NCBI GenBank assembly: GCA_036785375.1
Contig: JAWMAR010000028.1
Coordinates: 10,106,001 to 10,170,000 of the forward strand
Origin: Leucoraja ocellata
Taxonomy: Eukaryota
Length of the DNA stretch: 64,000 bases
Direction of reading: 5' to 3'
Shown here one piece after another: positions 37,196 to 48,079 of the stretch. The position numbers were made by a program, and so were the translations under genes. The stretch's first letter is position 1. Each line of letters opens with the position of its first letter. Under the pieces are notes generated by a model. That model was not told where the DNA came from and ran no database searches. It worked only from the letters and a program-made list of their open reading frames with translations.

Positions 37196-37925
37196 AAACA
37201 CACAGACACACATACAGACACACACACGCGCACACTTACACCGACACACATACAGACACACGTAGGCACATACTCATACACACACTTACACAGACACACA
37301 TACAGACACACGTAGGCACACACACACTTACACCGACACACATACAGACGCACGTAGGCACACACACACTTACACATGCACACATACAGACACATGTAGA
37401 CACGCACATATTCCTGGGATGTCAGGACTGTCTTATGAAGAAAGACTGGATAGACTTGGTTTATACTCTCTAGAATTTAGAAGATTGAGAGGGGATCTTA
37501 TAGAAACTTACAAAATTCTTAAGGGGTTGGACAGGCTAGATGCAGGAAGATTGTTCCCGATGTTAGGGAAGTCCAGGACAAGGGGTCACAGCTTAAGGAT
37601 AAAGGGGAAATCCTTTAAAACCGAGATGAGAAGAACTTTTTTCACGCAGAGAGTGGTGAATCTCTGGAACTCTCTGCCACAGAGGGTAGTTGAGGCCAGT
37701 TCATTGGCTATATTTAAGAGGGAGTTAGATGTGGCCCTTGTGGCTAAGGGGGTCAGGGGGTATGGAGAGAAGGCAGGTATGGGATACTGAGTTGGATGAT
37801 CAGCCATGATCATATTGAATGGCGGTGCAGGCTCGAAGGGCCGAATGGCCTACTCCTGCACCTAATTTCTATGTTTCTATGTTTCTATATACACACTTAC
37901 ACAGACACACACACAGACACACATA
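37196..37925. repeat. Degenerate CA-rich minisatellite (~40-bp unit) interrupted by CR1
   Basis: acacgtaggcacacacacacttacacagacacacatacag-like units at 37196-37410, resuming at 37888-37925. Confidence 0.75.
37411..37887 (+). mobile_element. CR1 3' fragment
   Basis: ORF 37419..37790; (TTTCTATG)n tail. Confidence 0.9.
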
Positions 37926-37975
37926 TCGCCGGTAAATCAGCATGTGTAGTTGTAGTTACGTTTGGTTCATTGTGG

Positions 37976-39004
37976 TCACCGGGACACTGCGTGTATCGCC
38001 GGCTCAGCCTCGACCTCCGCCCTGGACAGGTCGATGCCGAGAACGGTCCGCAGGGACTTCCTGAACTCCTGGTTCTTGCGGGTGTACACGTAGGGACTGA
38101 GGACGAAGAGCAGCGCGAAGGGCAGCCAGGCGAGGTTGCAGAGCAGAGCGGGCACCGGCTCAACCAGCCCGCAGAGCAACACCCACACCAAGGGCTCGGT
38201 GCTCAGCAAGAAGGCGCTCAGCACGAAGGAGACGTACAGGCGCAGTTTCTTGTCCTTCCTGGCGCACGGGTAGGACAGGTTGTTGCCGTGGAAGTTGAGC
38301 ACGCTGACCCTGTTGACGCTGACCTGCACCCGGCGCAGTATTTTGTAGTAGGCGTACAGCAGGACGGCGGTGTGGGCGAGGATGGAAGCGGCAGTGACGG
38401 CCGCAGCGTAGGGGCACAGTGTCAGGGAGCAGGAGCAGGAGCAGCCACCACGGGAGGAGGCGGCGGCGAGACCCGGGTAGAGCAGGCAAGCGCCGGGTCG
38501 GGGACGCCCCAGAGCCGCTGCCATCAGCCAGGGCAGCAGCAGCAGCACGGCAGCCGCTAGCCAGGAGCTGGCGATCATTGCAGCCGCGTTCCTCCTGCGG
38601 TACAGGTCCCGGTAGGCGGCCGGAGCCTTGGTGATCAACGCGTAGCGGTTCAGGGCGATGAGCGAGTGCGAGAAGAGAGAGGCGAGCAAGGCAAGGAGCA
38701 GCAGCGCGGCGGCCAGCGAGCGCCAAGAGGCCGGGCCAGCAGCTGCCCGAGGCGGCCGAGCCAACGCCAATGCCACCGCCTCCTGGGGCATCCACAGGCC
38801 GCACACCAGCAGGTCGGCGGCGCACACGTTGACGATGAAGGCGTTGCTGGCGCTGCGGAGTTTGCGGACCGAGTACACCAGGTAGATGACCAGGAGGTTC
38901 CCCGAGCTCCCGGCCACCGCCAGCAAGGCGTAGGTGACAGCCCAGGAGATGTTCTCGCCCAGCGCTCCGTTGCAACAGGTGGAAGAGTTGGAAGAGTTGC
39001 CCAT
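37976..39004 (-). CDS. GPR88: G protein-coupled receptor 88 (orphan class A GPCR), 342 aa, single coding exon
   Basis: Starts MGNSSNSS. Diagnostic blocks VIYLVYSVRKLRSASNAFIVNVCAADLLVCGLWMPQEAV, SHSLIALNRYALITKAPAAY, RRVQVSVNRVSVLNFH, FLLSTEPLVWV and YTRKNQEFRKSLR match recalled human GPR88. Lies downstream of CDC14A on the same strand. Confidence 0.95.
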   Translation of the reverse strand: MGNSSNSSTCCNGALGENISWAVTYALLAVAGSSGNLLVIYLVYSVRKLRSASNAFIVNVCAADLLVCGLWMPQEAVALALARPPRAAAGPASWRSLAAALLLLALLASLFSHSLIALNRYALITKAPAAYRDLYRRRNAAAMIASSWLAAAVLLLLPWLMAAALGRPRPGACLLYPGLAAASSRGGCSCSCSLTLCPYAAAVTAASILAHTAVLLYAYYKILRRVQVSVNRVSVLNFHGNNLSYPCARKDKKLRLYVSFVLSAFLLSTEPLVWVLLCGLVEPVPALLCNLAWLPFALLFVLSPYVYTRKNQEFRKSLRTVLGIDLSRAEVEAEPAIHAVSR

Positions 39005-39018
39005 TCTGCAGACCCCGT

Positions 39019-40407
39019 GTCCCGGTATCTGGGCACTGGAGGTGGCGGTGTCTGGGCACTGGAGGTCCCGGTGTCTGGGGACTGGAGGTCCCGGTGTCTG
39101 GGCACTGGAGGTCCCGGTGTCTGGGCACTGGAGGTCCCGGTGTTTGGGGACTGGAGGTCCCGGTGTCTGGGCACTGGAGGTCCCGGTGTCTGGGCACTGG
39201 AGGTCCCGGTGTCTGGGCACTGGAGGTCCCGGTGTCTGGGGACTGGAGGTCCCGGTGTCTGGGCACTGGAGGTCCCGGTGTCTGGGCACTGGAGGTCCCG
39301 GTGTCTGGGCACTGGCGGTCCCGGTGTCTGGGCACTGGAGGTGGCGGTGTCTGGGCACTGGAGGTCCCGGTGTCTGGGCACTGGAGGTCCCGGTGTCTGG
39401 GCACTGGAGGTCCCGGTGTCTGGGCACTGGAGGTCCCGGTGTCTGGGCACTGGAGGTCCCGGTATCTGGGCACTGGAGGTCCCGGTGTCTGGGCACTGGA
39501 GGTCCAGGTGTTTGGGGACTGGAGGTCCCGGTGTCTGGGCACTGGAGGTCCCGGTGTCTGGACACTGGAGGTCCCGGTGTCTGGGGACTGGAGGTCGCGG
39601 TGTCTGGGCACTGGAGGTCCCGGTGTCTGGGCACTGGAGGTCCCGGTGTCTGGGCACTGGAGGTCCCGGTGTCTGGGGACTGGAGGTCGCGGTGTCTGGG
39701 CACTGGAGGTCCCGGTGTCTGGGCACTGGAGGTCCCGGTGTCTGGGCACTGGAGGTGGCGGTGTCTGGGGACTGGAGGTCCCGGTGTCTGGGCACTGGAG
39801 GTCCCGGTGTCTGGGGACTGGAGGTCCCGGTGTCTGGGCACTGGAGGTCGCGGTGTCTGGGGACTGGAGGTCCCGGTATCTGGGGACTGGAGGTCGCGGT
39901 GTCTGGGCACTGGAGGTCCCGGTGTCTGGGCACTGGAGGTGGCGGTGTCTGGGGACTGGAGGTCCCGGTGTCTGGGCACTGGAGGTCCCGGTGTCTGGGG
40001 ACTGGAGGTCCCGGTGTCTGGGCACTGGAGGTCGCGGTGTCTGGGCACTGGAGGTCCCGGTGTCTGGGCACTGGAGGTCGCGGTGTCTGGGCACTGGAGG
40101 TCCCGGTATCTGGGCACTGGAGGTCCCGGTGTCTGGGCACTGGAGGTGGCGGTGTCTGGGGACTGGAGGTCGCGGTGTCTGGGGACTGGAGGTCCCGGTA
40201 TCTGGGGACTGGAGGTCGCGGTGTCTGGGCACTGGAGGTCCCGGTGTCTGGGCACTGGAGGTCGCGGTGTCTGGGCACTGGAGGTCCCGGTGTCTGGGGA
40301 CTGGAGGTCCCGGTGTCTGGGCACTGGAGGTCCCGGTGTCTGGGCACTGGAGGTCCCGGTGTCTGGGCACTGGAGGTCCCGGCGTCTGGGCACTGGAGGT
40401 CCCGGTG
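39019..40407. repeat. 23-bp minisatellite (TCTGGGCACTGGAGGTCCCGGTG)n, ~60 copies
   Basis: 1389 bp of tandem units with only point variants; translation period is 23 aa (three units). Confidence 0.97.
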
Positions 40408-40569
40408 CACCGGCCGCCACTCTCAGCCTTGCAGATCAGGTGGACAGGGTGCCAGCCAGGCGTGTGTGCGCACTCGCCCTCCACTCCACCCCAGGGGCGC
40501 TCAGATTACAAACACACACACACACACTTCGCATCGTCTGCGGCAGCAACAGCCCCCGCCCTATCACTA

Positions 40570-41005
40570 GTGCCAAAGCTACCGTCACTCACAGTCCCAA
40601 TGCCCATGATATTGAAAGTCCCAATGTTCCTGTCACCCTGTCCCAGTGCCTCTGACACTGGCTGTTCCAGTGTCTCCATCACTGATAGTCCAGTGCCTTA
40701 ACATTCCACAGTGCCCCTCTCACTCAAAGATCCACTGTCCCTCTCACTCTGTCCCAATGCCCCTCACACTCCCAGTCCCAAAGCCCCCGTCACTAATAGT
40801 CCCAGTGCTCTGTTACTCACGGTCCCAATGCCCCTCTCACTCGGTCCCAGGGCCATTTCACTCGAAAACCCAGTCCCCCTGACACTGACAGTCCCTTTAT
40901 CCCATTCACTAAACTTCCCAGTGCTCCATCACTACGCTCGATTGCACCTATCACCAACATGCTCGCTCACAAATATTCCCAGTGCCTTGTCATTACGTGT
41001 CCCAA
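40570..41005. repeat. Degenerate low-complexity repeat (TCCCARTGCCC / CTCTCACTC motifs)
   Basis: Recurrent gtcccaatgccc, tcccagtgc and cctctcactc words. Confidence 0.55.
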
Positions 41006-44000
41006 CCACATCATCAGTTGTACCCTGTCGGTGAAAAACAGGACATATCTATTCCAGCCATTTCCCAGTAATTGGTTTGCTCTCAGTTATCAACAAAGCA
41101 AGGAAGGGTGTCAGAGAGAATACTACCACAGGCGAACTCGCCAACAACCTGCTCATTACAGTCCAGCATGTGTTGACCAGGACCACCCTGCTCCAGAACC
41201 CATCACACCATTGTTCCAAATTGTACCACCCTAGCTCAATTCAGAGCTTAGGTGAGAATGGCTTCCTTGTCAAAAATCATTGCATTTAACTGAGTGTAGC
41301 ATCAACGAGTCCTGGTAAATCAATGTGCACAAGAGAAAAAAAGTTGGGATTACATCATTAGATGATGCGATGTCTGTTCGGGAATCTGGAAACGACAGGG
41401 GAGAAGCTGTTCCTGAACCTGATGGCACAAGCTGGTTATCTTTTGTAACTTCTGCCCAATATAATAGAGAAGAGGGGAGTGGCTGGCCCTTGATTTAATG
41501 GGCGGGTTTGCCAAAGCAGCTTGAAGTGTAGACGGAGTTGATGGGGGGAGGGGAAGGGAGGGAAGGGGGATGGACACATGTCCACAATCCTCTGCAAATG
41601 TTGTGTAGTCTTGGGCAGATCAGTTGCCAACCCAAGTTGTGTTGCATCCAAGGACGCTCTCTCTGGTGCATCTCTAGAATTTGCTAGGAATTATTGTGAC
41701 ATGTCGAGGTTACTTATATTGGTACCCTGTGTGTGACTGAATTCTCTCACCACTGCAATAACATGGTAGCTTAATTGATATGCTCAAATGATGAGAGTGA
41801 CCTTAAATTCATCACTTTCAAACAAAGCAGAGAATCTACCATCACTAAACATTTTATGTAAAATCAACATTTATCAATCTTGCAATCTATCAAAAATAAT
41901 CTTCTATTATTTTTGATAGGAGAGCGATCCTGTTCTTATAAATTGCATCTATTTGTTTACAGAAGTTAACAGTTGTCCAGACACCTGGAGTTCTAGTTAA
42001 CTTTCGAAAAATTAGTTTTAGTTCAATGGTTTTGATAAGTAACTGGCAAAGATTGCAGCTGACCAGCAAAAACGTGACATGTTGGTATTGGATTCATGAA
42101 GACATCACCCACCAGATCTGCATTGTAGTCCGTTAGTTTGGGCTTTGTGTGCTCAAAGCAGAAGTTTGGGATCAAGAGCCCTCCCAAGCTTTTGAATGCG
42201 ACATTAGGTTTTTATTGGAGCAGTTGAACTTTTCCTGAAAAAAAAAGCTGCAGCTACAATGAGTTATCACAGTGTTCTGGAGAGTTGTGCTTCCTGCGAT
42301 ATTGAACGTGTTCTTAGAACTGAAGCCTTTAATATTTGTGCAGAATTCGATAGGGGTCTCCGACAATGAAGATGCTTCTTGTGACATGATTGGTAAGATG
42401 CTGTGACATGTGCTTCCTGCAGAAGATGCAAACCTCGGTGTCACCACATTGTGACCTTCTCCTCAGCTCGTGATAGTAGTAAGGGGTTCCCCTGAACGTG
42501 CGATTAGCCTTATTCCATGTCTCATTTCGTCAAATACTTGGTGGGTGTCATTAAAGGTGAGTTTCTCTTTGTTGATCATACCATCCTCCATAGAGTGGGT
42601 CAGGGTTCACACCTGAAAGAGAAGCAATCAAATCACAACAAGCAAAACAATAGAGATCAGACAGATGGTGGTCATCTCTACTACATGGATCTACACGACC
42701 CGTCGAACGAGATGTGGAAAGGCTCATTGAGAAGTGGGGGCTCAAGCTTGTTTCACACCATATATAATTTTCAAATTATTGAAAAGTTCAGAAAATTAAA
42801 TTGTCACCATCGGCTGCTGTTCTGCAATGTAAAGATAAACATATACAACAGAGACGGCTTAAACTATGACAGCATAACCCAACATTAAGACCATTGGAGT
42901 CATACACGGATAAGGACACCTTTACATTAAATATTAACCCACAGAAACATGGGATTTCAATCATTCTGCATATCACGTTTTGAGAAATCGCTTCCATATT
43001 TCACCTATTACTCTTTTTTTCCTCCCTTAGATACAAAATAAATGAAGAAACGAGTTTGAAGTAAAATAAAACATATTTCAAGTTATAGAAAAGTTATGAT
43101 CAACTCACTGGTAACTAACCATGTGCTGGGAAAGATGAAAATTCTGATGCTTAAGATTCTGGAAATCCTGAAATAAAATCTGATGGAAGGGCATTGGTCT
43201 AAACATTAGCGGATGCTCACTCTACAGATGTGGAACCGATTTGCTAACCATAATCTTACAAGCTAACTGTAGCTTAACTGTAACATAGTTAAGTTACATG
43301 TTATAAAAAAAAGCTATTTCTGCGTTATTTAGGGGCTTTGTTTTTTTAAGTTGCATTGAGATTGATTATATTTTAAAACTTTATAATTTTTTATTATTTT
43401 TATGTTTCTGTATGTTAGAGTCTTGAAAAAAACGTTGAAAACTTTGCTTTCTATTAAAAGTATTTCCACTGAACCATTGCAGGTGAGGCTTTCCTAGCGC
43501 ACCCATGTCACGCCATCATACAAGGCTCAAGGCCTTGCTCCTCTGCTCCAGGAAGTCTTGACTGGTGAGGTGGGCCTCCTTTACCATAAGGAAGTAGATT
43601 TGAGAGATAGGATGATAGAGGTAGCCAGAACAAGCCGTCTCCTCTCAAAAAAATCCATTGGGAGCAAAGTGGGTCAAGCATGTGTAGAATCCATTATTAT
43701 GTTAGGTGACAAAAGAGAAAGTGAGGAACATTTGATAATAGCTTATTGAGACAAGAATCCTTTGCAGATTCTACTATCAGATTTGAAGGAAGCAGGCACT
43801 GGATTTATAAAACATGATTAGTGGGGTATTTGTCTCATCTGGTAGTGGGTTCTGAAATGACTGGCGAAGTCAAAGTGGGATCCACAGGATCCACCATAAC
43901 TGAAACATGAAGTAGGTAGACCGATAGTTTGTGGGGTGGTGACTTCTTGCCTCATTCACACCTGATATACAAACCTGAGGTTTCGACCTGAAACGTCATC

Positions 44001-44544
44001 TATTCCTTCACTCCATAGATGCTGCTTTCCTCATCTGAGTTTCTCCAGCATTTTTATCTACCTTCCCAGTAGCATGCTCATTTTACATTATGAGTGCCAA
44101 CCAACCAGTGATTCCAAAGAATCAAGGGGGGCATTTACTTTTGTAAGGAGGCTTTTAGTACATCCTTGAAGGTTTTCCTCTGTTCACGGATAATTTGCCA
44201 GATTTTGCAGAGGCAGCATTAGTTTTATCTCTCTTGTGCATTAAGGTCCCTGCTATAAGTAATTTTAAGTCTCAGAATTATACACACGGTGCGTATGACT
44301 GCTACCTGATAAAACAGGAGCTTTTTCTCATTTGATCTTCAAATACTCTTGCCATGTGATGTTCAAAGAATGTTCTGGAACACTGAAAGGTGGGTGAATT
44401 AGAACATTGATGCCTGCCCTCTGTCCATAATGAGTTAAGTGAACCCAAAGTAATGGGAAGGAATTACTGTTTTCCAGGGAATCATCTCTTACGAAACTGA
44501 TTTGTGTCTGATCAAATTTTTTGAAGAAGCCAAAAAGGTTAGAA

Positions 44545-44945
44545 CAGGCTGGAGTAACTAAGCAGGTCAGGCAGCATCTCTGGAGGATATGCATAGGTGA
44601 AGTTTCAGGTCGTGACCCCTTCTTCAGATGAGGGCAAAGCCATAGATGTTGTCTACATAGACTTCCGCAAGGCATTTGAGCAAAATATGAAGCGCTGCTC
44701 GTTCAATTTGCGCTGGGCTTCACTCTGACAATGGAGGAGGCCCAGGATGGAAAGGTCAGATTGGGAATGGGAGGGGGAGTTAAAGTGCTGAATAACTGGG
44801 AGATCAGGTAGGTTAAGTCGGACTGAGCGTAGGTGTTCAGCGAAACGATCGCCAAGCCTGAGCTTGGTCTCGCCAATGTACAGAAGTTGTCAGCTGGAAC
44901 AACGGATACAGTAGTTGAGTTCGAACACCTCTGCTCAGTTTACCC
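44545..44945 (-). mobile_element. Penelope-like fragments including a hammerhead-like motif (~44598-44627) and GIY-YIG region
   Basis: Minus strand ...LLYIGETKLRLGDRFAEHLRSV-type codons; ctgaagaaggggtcacgacctgaaac. Confidence 0.65.
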
Positions 44946-45560
44946 AGGGTTGGGGAACAAGGAACTAGAGGACATAGGCTTAAGTTGAGTAGGAAAAGAT
45001 TTAACAGGAACCTGAGGACAACATTTCACACAGAGGGTAGTGGGTTTATGGACTGAGTTGCAGGAGATAGTTGAGACAGGTACTAGAACAAAATTTCAAA
45101 AACATTTGGACAGGTGCATGGAGGGGAATGGTTTAGAGGAATGTGTGCCAAACGTGGGCAGGTGGAATTAGTGTAGATGAAACATCTTGTTTGGCACGAA
45201 GTTGGGGTGAAGAGGCCATTTCAGTGCTTTACGACTGTGAATCATTGTGGACCTTTGGCCTCAGGTACTGTAGCAGAGGTGGCAGATTAGTAAAGCACCT
45301 TTGTCTGCTGATATCGTAAAAGTTCCATCCCTTTATCTTTCATTAAGGTGACAGGGGAAACATTTAATAGGAACATGAGGGGCAATTTTTCCACAGAGGA
45401 TGGTGGGTGTATGGTATTACTGCCAGAGGAACGAGGCAGGGACAATAAAAATGCATTTGGACAGGCACATGGTTTAGAGGGATATGGGTCAAACATGGGC
45501 AAACTGAACTAGCTTTGATTGGTCAGCGTGGATGAGTTGTTTCCTTGCTGTATGATACGG
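44946..45560 (+). mobile_element. Two degraded CR1 3' fragments
   Basis: actagaggacataggcttaag...cacagagggtagtggg; tttaataggaacatgaggggcaattttt. Confidence 0.6.
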
Positions 45561-45814
45561 ATTTTGAATTATTCCAAATACATATTTACAAGCATCACCT
45601 GAAACCACAGCTTGAACAGAGGTTGGGAAAAATGTTGGTTCTGGAGTGAAAGGCATTTTACAAAATTGCCCTGGATATGGGACCTTATCAAAACCTTTAC
45701 TGTAATTCATCTAGACTACCTAACTACATTACCCTTATTGACCCCCTTTGTTAAGTCTTTGAAAATTGAACCAAAGATACAGGTTTACTCTGGTTATTAG
45801 ACAAATAATTAAAT

Positions 45815-47816
45815 AGGGATTTGGTAAAAAACACTTTATTATACATTAATACTGCAACTGATCTCAAACAGCTCAGCAACACAATGAAAGACCTTAGTTG
45901 CCAAAATAGTGCTATTGAAGCAGTAAAAGCAAACACAGACACAATTACTTATTTAAATTGCAACTTTAATTGGGTACTTTAAAAAAATACTGGCCTATGG
46001 TTAAGAAAATTAGCATAAAAAATTTAAAACCTCATGCCGAACATGGAAAACACAAGAGCTTCAAGCTCTCTATCAAATATCTTTTCAAGAGGTAGAATCT
46101 TGACAATACATTTCCGCTGCCTACATATTGTTAAAATATACAACCATTATTTCAAACAGAAATTCCAGATTACAATGAGAAAGTATATCACAAACAAACA
46201 TTTCACAATGATTTTACAGCCATATTAAAATAGTTTTTTTATACAACACCACAAACAAGGTTTTGCTTAAGTTGATTTAAAATTTTCTTTAAAACACATA
46301 TTTAAAAATCAAAGGCTTTACTTTGAATACCTAGCTGCTCGCATCCACAATACATCTCTCAACTATGTTGTTTAAACAAAAGTTTTTTTTAGGTATCTTT
46401 CCAAGTTGCCTCACCACTTTATCAATTAGTCATTTGTACAAGCTAAAAAGTATTTTTTCCCAAATATGGACATAACCTGTCCAAAATATTTCATATTTTG
46501 AACTATACGGATCAGAAAGGGAGAAATAAAGAAATTACTTTTGATTTACTTTGTTGTTAGCTAAATGTAATGTTTACTTAAACAATGACAATACAATAGA
46601 TCATCTGGAAAGAACAGACCAAGTCCAATATGTTTTATTTAAAATACCACATATATAATATACATAAACTATCAAAGTGGGGAAAAAAGGTAAGAATTTT
46701 ATAAAACAGACCTTTGAACCAAAAAATAAATCTAATTTCACTTTCCATGCAGGTGTCATATTTTACACCTTACATTAAAAGTTTGTAACTGTACATTTAC
46801 ACACATCTTAAGTGAATTTTAAGTGCACAATTCAAAATAGGACTGAATTGTATAATCAGCTTCTTTAAAAAAAATAATTTCTGTAAATAAAATCTAATAT
46901 CAGAAATCTGTTTATTGTTGTAAGTTGTGTTTTATTCTAATTGAAGATTAAACTTTCAATATAATTTCTGTCCATCTAATTTGGGAGCATGGTTTATGTT
47001 CAGATTTAATTTTCACTTCTACACTTTATCCTTTCTTCCATAATGCCTCTGATCATTGTGACTCACTGATATTGTAGCTGACTGGACAATAGACGTGTGC
47101 ACACTTAAAACGACATTAAATTGATCTCTGTTCTTCTGCTGCTACAGAGCACCATATGACGTAAAATGCTCCCTTACGCAGCATGGCTACAAATAGCTAT
47201 ATTGTGCAACGTGAGTGCCGCAAAGTGCAAGTGGCAGCAAACACTGGAAAGCAAAGATTGTTATGTCTTAAGACTGTAAAACCTTATGTCTTAAGACTGC
47301 ATCCACCACTACTGCAACTGGGTTGTTGTTTAAGGCTATGGAAGAAGTACAGGATCATCTTCTACATTCTCATTGCTATAATGCACCTTGTTATGGTTCA
47401 TTCGGTGTTACATAAGCTTTGGAGGTTTATTATATTCCTAGGTTTTATTGTATTTAGGATCTTGCAGGATGCTTTCAAGAACCCAAAGTCTAGTCTTATT
47501 TGCAGCCATTCAGCTGTCAAGCTTCACTTGTCAGCTCATGTTAGTTAAATTACTGTTTATAACAGTGCAGCTAAAAGGAGAATTGATCATTGACTGGAAT
47601 CTTATAGTTCAGCAATACTGATTTATCAGCTCCCAATACTTGATGCAGTCATGAAAAGTCATTTCCAAAGTATTGCTGGTGCAATGCAGCAATTTCTGAC
47701 CCTTTACAAATTCTTAAAATAAAGGTTCCCTAGTTTCTAGCCCAAGAAGGTTAGTCTTCAGTTCAGTTTCCTTGCTTTTCAGCCACAATATTTTCCATTT
47801 TCAGCGTAGTGATGCT
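45815..47816 (-). other. CDC14A: Predicted CDC14A 3'UTR (~2 kb), candidate AATAAA at 45835-45840
   Basis: TE-free AT-rich block directly after the stop codon, ending at a minus-strand AATAAA. Confidence 0.6.
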
Positions 47817-47846
47817 TTAGTACTGAACATATTCAGACTGAAGTGA
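47817..47846 (-). CDS. CDC14A: CDC14A terminal coding exon (SLQSEYVQY*)
   Basis: ttttcttttgcag|TCACTTCAGTCTGAATATGTTCAGTACTAA; human CDC14A ends SLQSEYVHY. Confidence 0.92.
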   Translation of the reverse strand, partial: SLQSEYVQY

Positions 47847-48079
47847 CTGCAAAAGAAAAAAACTTCAGCTAAGAACATTTATATATTTTTTGAATGTTAC
47901 AGGAACATTTGAAAGTGTTCAATAGTACGTCAACAAAATCAATGCACTGACATGCTCAAAGGATTGACTCAAGGGTTGTTAACACTCAGCCAGGTTGAAC
48001 CATCGAGTTTTTAACACTTAGCCAGGTTGAATTGTAAGGGAGAGGCAAACCAGCAGAGCTCAAAATAGAAATACTGGGA

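Noticed and set aside
39019-40407. CRISPR-like array
   Set aside because: Units are directly tandem with no unique spacers, and the context is vertebrate.
38160-40701. Five 535-774-aa ORFs overlapping the 23-bp array on both strands
   Set aside because: By-products of a stop-free repeat and the GC-rich antisense of GPR88; only the frame ending at 37976 encodes a recognisable protein.
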